A stretch of 64,000 nt of DNA from Heteronotia binoei (lineage: Eukaryota), in the NCBI RefSeq assembly GCF_032191835.1, contig NC_083229.1:46500001-46564000 (forward strand), in the 5' to 3' direction. Every line of letters begins with the position of its first letter. Positions within the stretch are counted from its first letter, which is position 1. Position numbers and translations under genes: made by a program. Below are positions 23,826 to 36,569 of the stretch, one piece after another. The notes under the pieces were generated by a model. That model had not been told where the DNA came from. It did no database searches and saw only the letters and a program-made list of their open reading frames with translations.

Positions 23826-25541
23826 GAGCACTAATATCTGTATGCAGCTCACACAGTAGAAATAACAACCTTTTGTCAATATTCAAATCAGTTAGCTTTT
23901 GCCATAGACAGTTCCTATCAATGGAATCAAATGCAGCGGCCAGGTCCACAATGTAACGTATAGAGATGTTGTGGGACCTTTTAAACCAGCATGCACCAAA
24001 TGATGGAGGGTATGACAGTGGTCAACAGTGCAAAGACCTTTCCTGAAACCTGCTTGGTGTGGGTGAATAATGTGACTCTCAGTAACCCAATTCTCAAGCT
24101 TAAACAACAAATATTTACTATATATTTTTGCTGCTATGTCAAGCAAGCTGATTGGCCTATAACTCTGAGGATCTGATTTAACCCCTTTCTTATGAATAGG
24201 TACAATAATACTAAACTTCCAGCCAGGAGGGATTATGCCTGTGTCATTAATTTGTGAAAAAACTGTAGCTAGCACAGGCAACCACCATGAGGGAAAGGCT
24301 TTTTAAAAGTCTGAGGGGATCAAGTCTTCCCCAGGAGATTTTCTAGAAGCCAAAGAACTAATTATACCATTAATCTCTTTCTCCGAGACTGGGGCCCACA
24401 TGGGTAGATCTATTACGTCAAAATTAAAATTTTGCAATTGTGGTGTATCTACAGAGGAAGAAGCCACAGATAGCCCAAATACCTGACTATAATGCTGAAC
24501 CCAAGCTTTAGGAGAAATTTGCGCATCAAGCTGTTGAGGGTGACTGTTAGTACAATTAGAGACAATATCCCAAAAACGAGTTTCATTTTTCCTTGAGACA
24601 GCTAGTTCAAGTTCATTCCATAAAGAATTAGCATACTCCCTTTTCTTCTGTTCGATTAAGTTTTTAAGTGAGACCTAAGCTTCAGAATTTGTGACATCAG
24701 TAAATCATAATTATTACGTCTTGCTAATCTCATTAAAGATGTAATCTCTTTTTTGTCGCCTTACATTCCAAATCATACCAGCCATTGCTAGTGTACACTA
24801 TAGAATTAATTGGCCCACTATTAATAAAAAAGGGTTTAAAATAGCCATTTATAGCATCAAGAGTTTTAATGGAATCATTGCCAGACTGAGAAAGAGCAAG
24901 TTTCAAAGTCTCCAACTCAGGGTTAGCAAAGGCTTGGGATAATTTGGTGTGTAGTTGCCCTGACCACCTAAGTCCCCTGAATCCTTGAATTAAGTCTTCT
25001 GCAAACTCTTGCGTTTTGAAACAATGCCTATGGCAGTGCTTGCTGGTCGCTATAGTAAAATCCCTAAGGAACAGCGTCTTTGCATCTGTGGCATTTCTGT
25101 GAGTGAGGATTTACCTCATTACATTCTTAACTGTCCACTGTATGCTCAACCCAGGGTAAAAATTCTCTCTGGGACATTAGTTAATCTACATGCCTATACA
25201 GATCCTGAGACGATTGTATTTCTGTTAGCTGATGTTGATGCCGCTATATCTCACAGAATGGCATTGTTTGCCCTTGCAGCGAAGAAACTATGGGCCAAAG
25301 CTGTTTATACAGGTGACAATTAACTACTGATTTTGTGGCTACTTTATGATTGTAATTTCTGTTCTTATTTTGTGGTGTATTTTGCTTGGTTGGTTTTATC
25401 TGTGGTCTTCAGTACAACTTGTCCCATGGTTATATGATATTTCACTTATATTGTATCCCATTTGTATATTTTATCTTTATGGATTTTTTGATATTTTTGT
25501 TTGTGATAGCCTATGACTTAATACAAATAAATAAAAAGTAC
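23826..25541. mobile_element. Non-LTR retrotransposon insertion with inverted 5' segment (clade unresolved; C-terminal CCHC)
   Basis: 13-bp TSD TAGAAGGCTACTT at 23813-23825 and 25542-25554; minus-strand part encodes pre-RT/RT N-terminus (WYDLEC, IIVPIHKKG, YRPISLL, QAGFRKG); plus-strand part encodes RLCICG...EDLPHYILNCPLY and ends in an AATAAATAAA tail. Confidence 0.88.
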
Positions 25542-25859
25542 TAGAAGGCTACTTAGAGGATGGTAGAATCCACTCCATTAACTGCAATAAGAGGTGTAAC
25601 TGTTTAGGATTGCAGTATAAAAGAAGTCTTTTGAGAGTTGGGATGCCAAACTTTTGTTTTTAAAAGATGCTATCTTTTCTGGGACCTTGTAGCCATTTTT
25701 GTCACACATTAATGTTCTTATATTGGTAGGACTAAATAAAATAAAACAAATTAAAATGAAATAAAATAAAATTGATTAGCTGAAAGGAGGGAAGAGAAAA
25801 CAAAAATGGATTTTAACACCTTTCTTGTATGCCAGCATTTCCATTGATAGCCCACAATT

Positions 25860-26400
25860 CTTTTATTATTGATTAAGATATTTATATCTCACTTTTCTAT
25901 ATAAATATATTCAAGGCAGCTTATACTATAAACAACAATAAAGTTTAAAAAAATTAAACACAATATAAATGGAAAGCAGCAGCAAACAAAACAACGAAAT
26001 TAATAGATTAATATATTAAAACAGGATAAGGTCTTCAGCATCATAAAAATAGTATTAAAGGAGCATCTAAAGCACAACCTACAACAATAATAACAAAATG
26101 ATATAGCTAAATTAGTTGCAGGGGCTCTAAAAGGCTTGAGAGAATAAATGTCTCCGACACCTTAAAAAATATGGCACCATGCAACCTATCCAAAGCCCAG
26201 GTGCCACAACAAAAGGCCTTGCCTTGGAGACTGGCCCTTCTAACTTCAGACTATACGGAGACATAGAGCCTGTTGAGCAGGACCTGAACTGGCAAGCATA
26301 TTCATAAGCCAAGATTTCAGTCACCCTAGATCATGTAGAGTTTTATAGGCCAAAACCAGCAGCTTAAATTGTACCCTGAAGCAAACCAGAAGCCAGTGAA
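25860..26400 (-). mobile_element. L2 LINE 3' fragment (decayed)
   Basis: ORF 26127-26324 resembles L2 ORF2 C-terminus (YSLKLEGPVSKARPFVVAPGLW); AT-rich 3'UTR to the left. Confidence 0.6.
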
Positions 26401-26415
26401 GAGCTTCTAGAAAAT

Positions 26416-26502
26416 ACCAAGAGTCCAGTAGCACCTTAAAGACTAATAAAATTTGTGGCAGGCTGTGTGCTTTCATGAGTCACTGCTCACTTCTTCAGAT
26501 AC
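26416..26502 (-). mobile_element. Penelope-type terminal-repeat remnant with minimal hammerhead ribozyme motif
   Basis: Minus strand GTATCTGAAGAAGTGAGCAGTGACTCATGAAAGCACAC...GTCTTTAAGGTGCTACTGGACTCTTG. Confidence 0.6.
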
Positions 26503-29050
26503 TAGCTTCTGTAGCTGGCAAGATATGGAAGGTTTGAATTTTTAAAAAATTGCTCATAAAGCTCTCATTTGTTTCAATGGAAGAATATGTTTTCTGGTAG
26601 CTAAGGGATGTGTAAATTCAACCTATGGGTTGTTTCTATCTGCAAAACAGATATATTTTTTTGCAGAATATTTTGAATTAATCCTACTGAAATTGTGAAC
26701 TTTAAAACAGAAAGGCTATAGAGAATCTCTTTCAGGAGGAACTCGTATCTGGCACTTGAAGTGACTTTGAAAGGAAAGTGCTGGGAGGAATCTGAGATGG
26801 GACCTTTTCCCGTGTCTATTTTCCTGACCGTACATGGTTAAGAAATTCAGTTAGGGAATACTAGGCCTCAGAGCTCCTACATAAAACCAAAAGTATTTTA
26901 TAGGCAAGTGACCTGCAAGTCTTTCTGATGATGGCGGAAGGAGTTTGAGGAAGCATCACTTGAACACTTCTACACCTGACTTAAAACAGTCCCATCTATT
27001 TTAATATTACCTTTCCCTCAGTGTCATGTGATATTGACACAGAGTTCTTTGATCAGGCTGCAAAATTACTCAGGTTCTCATCAATATACCACATGAATAG
27101 GCACTGACACATTGCCGCCCCAGCCCCGGCCCTCTCCTGACCGCTACACTTCCCGCAAAGTAGCAGCTGCTTGTTAACAACTTCTTTGTCTCAGTCATAA
27201 AGCAGGGTGCCACTTCTGGTATTGTCCCGTACTTGACGGCAGCTGTCATTTCAATTTGTCTTCTGGGAGCAGAGACAGATGGAGGCAGACAATGTGGAGG
27301 TGGCTTGAAACATGGCACCAGATCTGAAATGCCTTTATGCTAATTCAAGGAGTGTGGGAGGACAAGAATGATAAGCTAAGTGCAGAGAAATATGATTAAC
27401 AGTCTAATCCTGTATAAGTTTACTTGGGAGTATGTCCAACTCTGTTCAGTGATGCATATTCTTGGGTAATAATAATAATAATATTATAGTAGACGTAACT
27501 GTAAAAACAAATATCAGGTTGTTCAGGAATATTATAATAATAATAATTGCAGACATCACTGTAAAAACCAAATATCAGGCTGATCAGGAAGGGTGACTTC
27601 ACACATAACAAAGTCCTTATGTTGGTTGGTAGATGACATGGGGACATTGTATTGGACACTTGTGATGGACTAGAACAAAAAGTAGATTTTGTAAAACTGC
27701 AGAATTCTTGGTAGAGGGAAGAGTGGCTATGATTGACAGCTCTTTTCCTAGCTCTCCCATTGGTTGGAACGAACCCACAGAATTCTAGAGAGGGAGTTGG
27801 GTTTTGACATTGAGGTGGTTGAGGAAAGAAAATTATCCCTGGAGAGAAACATTTGGAAGGTGTCTCAGAGAAGCTCTTGAGGTGAGGGCCAAAGAGAGCA
27901 ATTTTGGGTGCTGACCCAGAAAGGGCAGAAACACCTATATGGGGGGCGGGGGACATACATTATACAGTTACCTCTGCCAGTGGTAGAGGAGAAGTCATCC
28001 CAGTCTGAAGGCATAAGAAACAGCTGTATATGTACAGGGTTATCAGGAAGACAGAAATGTGTAATGGTCTCTTGAGTATTAGAGGGATAATGCTCTGGCC
28101 AGAGAAAGGGGTTTGTGTGGACACAACCCTGGTTCAAATACAAGGTAGTTTCTGTCTAGACACTTCAGTCTCTCAAAACCTATAAGCTGAGGTATCTAAA
28201 GAAGTTAAAATAGATTGGGAGGGTGGAAGAAATCCCTCTCTTACTCCTGCAAGCTCAAGGAAAGCATGTTTTAATGGCTATTCCTATCATAAGCACCTGA
28301 AGGCTTGATTCATAGGCATTTCCAAAAGACAGTCTAAATTGCCCCCCCCCCCCCGAATACATCAGTCTGGCCTCAAAATTATAAACACAATCTCAGCCTG
28401 AAAGTCCTAAAAGTTTATGCTTATTCCAACCTCTGTTATGTTCAATAAATTTTGTTATTTTGTTTGAATTTCTAACTATTGTCTCCAATGCCATTTTTGC
28501 TCATCTTCGGAAAAGTCCAACAACTTCTGTGTTCCCCTTTTTACCTTTATCTATTATACACTGGGATGAATAAGAGAGGGTTTTTTGTTGTTGATGTCAT
28601 AAACTGTACCAAAACTGTTAGCAAATAGAGGCAGGAAAAACCTGCCTGATTAAAAGGAAGTAACAGGAGTTCATCATAACGTTCAATGGGAGTTTTGTGC
28701 CTCACAGACTCGTCCATTTCCTGCTTGCAGTCATGGTGTACAGAAAGAAGTCGCTTCAACCCTCCTCCTGGTCCTGTTTTTGCACTGTCAAACCACCACT
28801 GTTGGCTCCATTTGCAAACTCCCATTACTTATGTGGCTACCTGTAAATCATGCAGATGAATGAACAGCAGCTCCATGGGAACGTCTGAGGAAGTGAATAT
28901 GGTACAGGAAGGAACTGAAGTAACATCCACACATGTAATCATGGTCACAAGGAGAAAAGGACTTAGGTGAGCCTGGGAGGCACAGAACTCCCATTGAATG
29001 TCTGATACATAAAACTCTCCCTAATGCCTGAAGCAAAGTCCTTGAGATTC

Positions 29051-29317
29051 TGACCAATTTCACACTACGCTTGTTCTGGGGTGGAGAGCCCTTTTTCTAC
29101 CAGGGCTTTGCTCCATTTTTGCACAAGTTGCCCGGAGCTACAATTTAGCATGCCGCTATTCCGCAGCAAGCGGAAACCACTTGTCAGCATATCCTGCTTG
29201 CTGTGGAATAGCAGCGCACCAACTCACAGCTCCAGGGCAACTTGTGTGAAAACAGAGCAAAGCCCTGGTAGCAAAAGGGCTCTCCACCCCAGAACAAGCA
29301 TAGTGTGAAATCAGTCA
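29051..29317. mobile_element. Fold-back (palindromic) MITE, 267 bp
   Basis: Inverted arms ~120 bp each (TGACCAATTTCACACTACGCTTGTTCTGGGGTGGAGAGCCC... and its complement), ~24-nt spacer; flanked by a TTC direct repeat. Confidence 0.8.
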
Positions 29318-31019
29318 TTCATTGACAAAAAGCAAATAAATGTTCATGGCATTGACCTCTTAGGAGTCCTGTCTCCTTGCCATGTGTATCTGTTAAAATA
29401 CATATGTTGCTAAATGAACACATGCACATGTTTTGCTTTTCTTACATGCTATGTACACACTTGACCATAAAAAGGTGTTCAAAACCATGACTCATTTGAT
29501 TTTTGCTGAGTTCATATTTAACTGTGAAATTAACCAATTAAATAAGTATGAATTGCATGTGAATGGGTTGGGTCCAGCCAAATTTTTTACAGTCGCCCTT
29601 TATTTCCTCTTTTTACTATATTTCTCTCCATATCTGTCTTTTGCCCGTATGGGCTCCATGATCTTCAGCACAGCCTTTTATTTATTTACTTACATTATTT
29701 ATAGTTCACCTTTCTGACTGGGACTTAAGGCAGAATACACAGAGTAGATCAGTAGAATCAACAGGATGGGACATTCAATAAACAGGATGGTAGAAACAGC
29801 CAGAAAACTTAAAAAAGCAGAAATGAAGCAAAGTGTGAGTGTTATATAGCAAGCTATACACAGTAACTATACCCAAACTATATACCACAGATGCTAGTCA
29901 AAGGGGACCCTCTTTTCCCATTTTTACCAGTGGGAAAAAAATCTGGATCCAACTCAATAAAATTATTTTGAAGGGAATACAAATTCTTATTTGGTTTTTT
30001 AGGTGGTAGGCATATATAGTGCAACTGTCACCATCTTAGAAAGGGCATTCTTTCCTAGGTGGAGCAGAAATGCTTCTTTAGAGATGACCTGCCCTTTGCA
30101 ACTGTTATAAGAATTTCTTTCTGAAATTTTTAACTTGCAGAATAAATTAGACAATGTGTTTTTTTAGTTGATCAAGACACTTTAACAGCTTGATTTTGCC
30201 AACTGATTAAAGGTTGTGGACACAATCTAAATCTGTTAGATTAGTAGAGTCTTGTAGTAACAGGCATGCAGATAATTCAGCACAGTTCACACCCATAAAC
30301 TGCATTAGAACTGTGTTAATCCCACTGATTACTACTGCTACTTCGACTGCAGATTGGAAACTAGGAGGATTGTTGTCAGTGGCAATATTCAAAAGAGTGA
30401 CTGCTGCATAAAACTCTTCCCTGGATGCTTTGTGAAATTTATCTCAGGCTCCGTCTATACATTACACACAAACCTCATGTTTTGGGAAGGAGGAGCTGAG
30501 GATTTTTGTGAGGATCTTTGCAAGAGGAGTCTTGTGCCTCCCAGTTTCACTTCAGCTATTTGCATTTGCAATCACAGCATGCTAGGGAAAGTGTCTATAC
30601 CACCACTCCCACCCGCTCCTGTTTTCGAATCTGCAAACCATCCTGTGAAGCTACTATTGGCTCCATTGTAAAAACTGCATTGCTTACATAGCAGCTACAT
30701 GTAAGTTTCACAGCGGGGCCAATAGCGATTTCATGGGGCAGTTTGCAGACATTTCTCCCTGCATGCTATGGATACAAACAGAAAAGAGTTGGTATGTATG
30801 CCTGGAGACTTTGGGGGTGGATCTGGGAGAGAGTGGGGTTTGGGGAGGAGAGGAGCCTCAGCATGGTACAATGCCATAGAGTCCACCCTTCAAAGCAGCC
30901 ATTTTCCCCAGTGGAGCTGATCTGTGCCAGCTAGAGACCAGTTGTAAAAACAGGAGATCTCCAGGCCCCATCTGGAGGTTGGCAACATTAGATTTCACAC
31001 ATATTGCAAAACAAAAAAC

Positions 31020-31601
31020 CGAGATTGGACACCAAGTTTACAGTTAGTAGTAGTAAAATGTAATTCCAGGCAGTAGAGATATAAACTTTATAAAGGACAC
31101 AAATATTTTTTTTTAAAAAATACGCTTAAAAGATTAGCAGTCTTGCAATATTTTGTTTATTTAACAGTTTCTGATAACTGGCACCTCTTGCTCTGAATTA
31201 TTGCATCAAAATCTAGAGACAATGTCTGTGCTGTAGCAATCTTGAGTATGCTGTTGAAGTGTTTTTCAGGTGTGTATCTGTAAGTTGCAAACTTACTTTT
31301 GATTTATTGACATTCATTAAAGAAATCTCTTGGTCAATGCTTGAGCCTGACCCAGAGGAAAAAATGAAATGGCTGGGAATTGTGAGCTTTTGTACATAAG
31401 CTGCTTCGTGCTGGTTAGTCAATGGAGAAAATAGAAGCTTGGCTCTGTAGTTCCTGTGCAGTTGATCAAGCCTGGCAAAGGAAGCTGTGATACAGAAGGA
31501 AGCAAAGAGGGAGAAGGAAGCAGACAACAGTGAGTTACTCATGGGCCTGATAGGAGCCCTCGGGCCTGATCCATCCCACAGGCCACACATTTGACATCCC
31601 T
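31020..31601 (+). mobile_element. Non-autonomous hAT (Charlie-like) element, same family as 7126
   Basis: Shared internal sequence with 7200-7540; 3' TIR ...TTTGACATCCCTG. Confidence 0.65.
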
Positions 31602-32232
31602 GCTTTAAAAAGTAATACATTACATCTCTCTCAACCATAGGAATGAACATTTAAAATGCAAAGCATTTATTACCCATGAATTTAAATGCATTTCTTCAGC
31701 AGAAAACATTGCAATGTGCCTTGGAATTCCATCAGATCAATCAATATACACAGTCCCCTGAATCTCACATTTTCACTGCAAATATTCAGTGACACAGAGA
31801 AATCTAAATCCTGATTCAAGTGTTGCACAATCTGCTTTTATACATTCTGGCACAGTCTGGCTCAGAATAATCCAGGAATGAAAATCTGACCTAAGCTGTT
31901 TGCTTTTATAAACTCCAGGCGTGTCTGCTCTGAAATTCCAGATCGGGAACTCGTTCCTGACATCACACAACCCTCTGCCTTTGCTGACCTTGAACTGTAT
32001 AATGTAAGTGAATAATCAGACATCTAGGAGCAGATGAGGCCACAGGGAAGATCAATAGCATGTTCAATAATAATGACACATTGGGATAAAGCAGTGGTAG
32101 GCCCAGTCTTTCTTATTTATTTTATTTTATTTATTTATTTGATTTATATCCCACCCGCCCCACCAAAGCAGGCTCAGGGTGGCTTCCTTCCTTCTCGACT
32201 AGACTGATGGCCCAATACAGCACTTTGTAGAA

Positions 32233-32368
32233 CAGGGGTGGCCAACAGTAGCTCTCTGAATGTTTTTTGCCTACAACTCCCATCAGCCCCAGTCAGCATG
32301 GCCAATGGCTGGGGCTGATGGGAGTTGCAGGCAAAAACCATCTGGAGAGCTACCGTTGGCCACCCCTA
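32233..32368. mobile_element. 136-bp palindromic hAT MITE
   Basis: CAGGGGTGGCCAAC...GTTGGCCACCCCT; near-complete hairpin; 8-bp TSD ttgtagaa / ttgtagag. Confidence 0.85.
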
Positions 32369-32607
32369 TTGTAGAGGACAGCAGTTTTGTTGCAACAATG
32401 AATAAGAAGGAGCTTCCTCCCCAATCCAGTCTTGATGCACATGCTTCTGTTTGCTCCAGTATATCAAGGGATGAAGAGATAACTGACTATTATTGGATGG
32501 AAAGGAAAAGATAAGTAATGGGTGAGAAATCCTAGTAGCAGTGACAAAGGGCAAGGAAGGTCACATATAAAGTGAGGAATCAGTAGGTGAACAGAAGTAA
32601 CTTAAGC

Positions 32608-32955
32608 AGAGGTGGCCAAACTATGGCTTGGGAGCCACATGTGGCTCTTTCACACATGTTATGTGGCTCTCGAAGCCCCCACCACTCCATCAGCCAGCTT
32701 GGAGAAGGCATTTGTCTCTTTAAATCATTTCTCCGAGCCAAGCCAGCCATCCCTCACCCATCTTCCTTCCTTCCTTCCTTCCTTCCTTCCTTCCTTCCTT
32801 CCTTCCTTCCTTCCTTCCTTCCTTCCTTCATTCCTTCATTCCTTCATTCCTTCCTGTCTCGCAGCTCTCAAACATCTGATGTTCATGTCTTGCAGCTCTG
32901 AAACATCTGATGTTTATTTTATGTGGCTCTTACGTTAAGCAAGTTTGGTCACCCA
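32608..32955 (+). mobile_element. hAT-like MITE containing a (TTCC)n microsatellite
   Basis: CAGAGGTGGCCAAAC...GTTTGGTCACCCATG ends; (TTCC)n at ~32762-32853. Confidence 0.65.
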
Positions 32956-34633
32956 TGGCCTAGAGCTTTCTGATGCATGTAGAGCAGATTTGTGCAGGTG
33001 GAAGTTTGGTTTATGAGGCTTTAGAAACTGAGGGGTCAAGGACATCCAACAAGTCAGAGATGAAGTGTGAGGTGTTGCGTTCTTATCTGCAAATGCCAAA
33101 ATGCATAAGATCCAGGTCAGCAATGGCACGGGGGATGTGGAGAGAGAGAAATGAGTGAAAAGTAACCCTTTTTCATTCACATAAGTTTTACTGATGACCA
33201 TGAGTTTAGATAGCTTTAGACAAGTGAATGGAGAATGTTGTATCTACCACTGGCTGCTATTCAAGGCAGCTAAAGAACAGAACTTCCACATTCAGAATCC
33301 CTTTGTTTAGTTGACATTGGATATGGCCATCACATCATGGTTGTGAGCTTTTCATTGAGCTTGATACTGTTCCAAAAAAAAAAAAATTGCACCTGGTGCC
33401 TCTTCAGTTTGATCCAGTAACACAGGTACTATATTCTTGTGAACTTTAGCAAAGGCCGTGTTCTGAGGCTAATATAAGGTTTGGTGCATGGTGGTAGTGA
33501 AATTGGGGCAACCTGTTTTGGCACAAGCAGAGGCTTTACTGCAATACTTCTCACAACATTTTGTGCAAGACAAGCAGAGTGATGCTGGAGAGCTTTGTCC
33601 TGCAGGCTACTAAGAGCAAATGAGAAATCCTTGGTAAACTTCCCAACAATAGCAAGACTCTGACAGGAGATCAGGGGTAGCAATGCACACACTGTGTATG
33701 TACACTCAGATCTTTTTAAATGTCTGGGAATGGGGAAATGTGGTGTACTTTTTAAATATGAGTATTTAAATAAGTATTTTAGATACACAGTGATTATGGA
33801 CATCAATGAGCAGTTTCTTTTCCAATTTCTGTCAGTTTTGACATCTCCTTTGAATACACTGGCTATAATTTGTTACTAGTAAATGCATATCATTATTTTT
33901 TCATTATAATAACCACCCCATAAATGCATACCCAATTTCTCTGATGCTCAAAATCAGGATTTCTGCCTGCAGAATTTACACAGTTCCTATTTGTGAATAC
34001 TTGCAATGGAAGGAGAAAGAAGAATGCAATTGGCAAGGAGATCAAAAGTGAAAGTCTACACTGCCTCTGCAGATGTACAATGCATACAGTGCTTAAATTT
34101 GACTATTGTAATTAGATATGCTTCATGTGTTACTAATTATTGTTCCAAAGAGAAGTGTGTGCTTAGCAAAGAAATGTCTGGAAAGGTAATCCAAGGTTCT
34201 CCTGTCAGAAATCATGAGAGAAAGCTATTTGTCTACAGGCATGCATTCACACAAAAACTTATACCCAGAATAAAACTCTTTTGGTCTTAAAGGTGCAACT
34301 GGACTCAAACGTTGTTCTGTTGCTTCAGACCAATGTGGCTATCCACATGAATCTATATTTTAGGTTAATTTAATAGATGAAAACTCTACAGAAGGAACTG
34401 TGCATTGCCTAAATTATTTGTTTGCTTAAAACATTTTCGTGCCTCCTTCCCCCTTAAATAGGGCACCAAGGTGTATTTTATGCAGACCTAAAAGAGTACA
34501 AAGATACCATGTAGCAGCCAGAAGTAAATTCTGCTGTTCAATTAGTCTTGTTTTATCAGGTGTGTTTTGAATTGTATCCTTTGATTGTATTTTTTAAAAC
34601 ATTTAGAATTCATCCTGCTTGTTAAAACAGCAA

Positions 34634-34636
<3 letters not shown>

Positions 34637-34710
<74 letters not shown>
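34637..34710. repeat. (TA)n microsatellite, ~37 units
   Basis: Uninterrupted TA run. Confidence 0.97.
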
Positions 34711-34716
<6 letters not shown>

Positions 34717-35962
34717 GAATTCAAAGTGATTTCTTTAAGAGCAGCATTTAATCTCTGGCCTGAACTACATCCAGTATCTGACTGAAAATTCATTTGAGGC
34801 ACTGTTCTATCACGTTGAATGGTCAGTTTGCAAAAGGAGCTTAATATGATGGCATGTAGTAATATTTTGCAATATTTCAGTTATCCTTCTATATATTTCT
34901 ATCACAAGTGTGTTTTTCCTGCTAAGAATTTGGATTGTTTTTGTTAACAACCTATTTTTACTAGGTTATTTCACTCACCTAGTCCACCAGATTTCTGCAT
35001 TAGCAGTTTTATTGGATCTTTATTCACTGTGCTGCACCCTATTAGCTTTTTTCACTGCCAGACAGAAAGTAGCCCCCTTTTAACCCCCAAAAGGGATATG
35101 CTGGGCACGGTGAAACCTGTGTGGACAAATGTTACATGCAAAGGGGGAACATAAACAACGTTTAATTTTTCAAAAAGTGAACGACTCAGGCGTTCATACA
35201 ATAACTTTTAAAAAATACATAGGAGGGCTTCACAAAAATGTGCTTGCACAAAGTCAACAATCTAGTTCATTTAGTTAAAAACCCAGGATATTAATGAATT
35301 TATGTAGGGAAGAAGGCTTTTTTCTGTAGAAAAAGCCCAGCAGAAACTTATTTGTCAAAACCTGGAAGCTAAGCAGGGTCAGTATTTGGATGGAAGACTT
35401 TCAGGGAATCCTTGGGCTGCTATCCATTGTCTTCACTCCACACACTCAAATGATCATGGTTCCACTGAGAATAAATCAGGAATCCTGTACACAGGCTGCA
35501 TTCACAAATGAACTATGAATCTGAGGAGGCTGAAAGTGAGGACCAAAAGCACAGTTTTCCCCCATATGTTCACCGTTCCTGGATTTTAAATCTTATGAGT
35601 AAGAATAACTAATTTTATATTAGGTCAGTGGTGTCTACACACCAACTCATGGCAACTCTCAAAATTCACAATCTTTTGCACCCTTGCTCCTTTTGCTAGA
35701 GACAACAGTGAACTTATTCCTGTAAAGTGTGCACTCTACCACTATCCAAGGACCTTCCAATGCTTTAATGACACATGGGTCATGGACATTTTTACTATTA
35801 GGGACAGGAACTCCTCCATTGGTTTTGAGTCAAACACTAGTGGGAGAAGGAGGAGGAGTTGGTTTTTTATACACTGCATATATTGGAGTCCACAGCTCTT
35901 AACCACTACACCATGCTGGCTTTTTAGATGTATGACTCATTTGTCAGAACCTGGAAGCTAAG

Positions 35963-36396
35963 TGTAGGGGAGCCCCTGAAAAATTAATTAAAACCCCTAT
36001 AATAATGAATATATCGATTAAGAGCATGCTTTGTCTTTAACATGTCTGCTGTAATTTTCCACTGAAGGGCTGGCCACAGCATAGCGGGTGTGTGTCTAAA
36101 GCTGGCCAGCCAAGATAAGGGAAAGGGCCCCTTAGAGCTGCCTTGCTGAGATAGATAAGGGAACTTGGTCATGGAAATTTACTAGGAAGAGTTCTGTGGG
36201 GCGGAATCTTTGAAATCAGATAAGTTTACGCCAGCCTGCTTGCTTGCTTACTAGAAAAACTGTATGCGCTTAGGTAAATGCATCTCAGTTCTGTAGGGCT
36301 GTTCTGCCGGAACCGGGATCTGCCTTTTGATACCAAAAAAGTAAACCTTGCTTCAAACCAGTAATCTTGTGCGGACCTTGTTATTTCTCTGCTTCA
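35963..36396 (+). mobile_element. Probable solo LTR inserted into a 5S-derived SINE
   Basis: TG...CA-bounded ~434-bp block splits the SINE motif GAAGCTAAG|CAGGGTCGGTACTTGGATGGGAGAC; AGTAAA polyA-like signal ~50 bp from the 3' end; TSD not clean. Confidence 0.5.
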
Positions 36397-36569
36397 TTTG
36401 CAGGGTCGGTACTTGGATGGGAGACTACCAGGGAAGCCTTGGGCTGCTATCCAGAAGAAGGCAATGGCAAACCATCTTTCTTTTTGAAAACTGGAACTTC
36501 ATGGGGTCACCATGAGCTGGTTATGATTTGACCGCATGCTTTACATTAATGCATGATTTAGTTCTATTA

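Noticed and set aside
32587-32938. ORFs with PSFL repeats and IY repeats (34542-34802)
   Set aside because: Translations of (TTCC)n and (TA)n microsatellites
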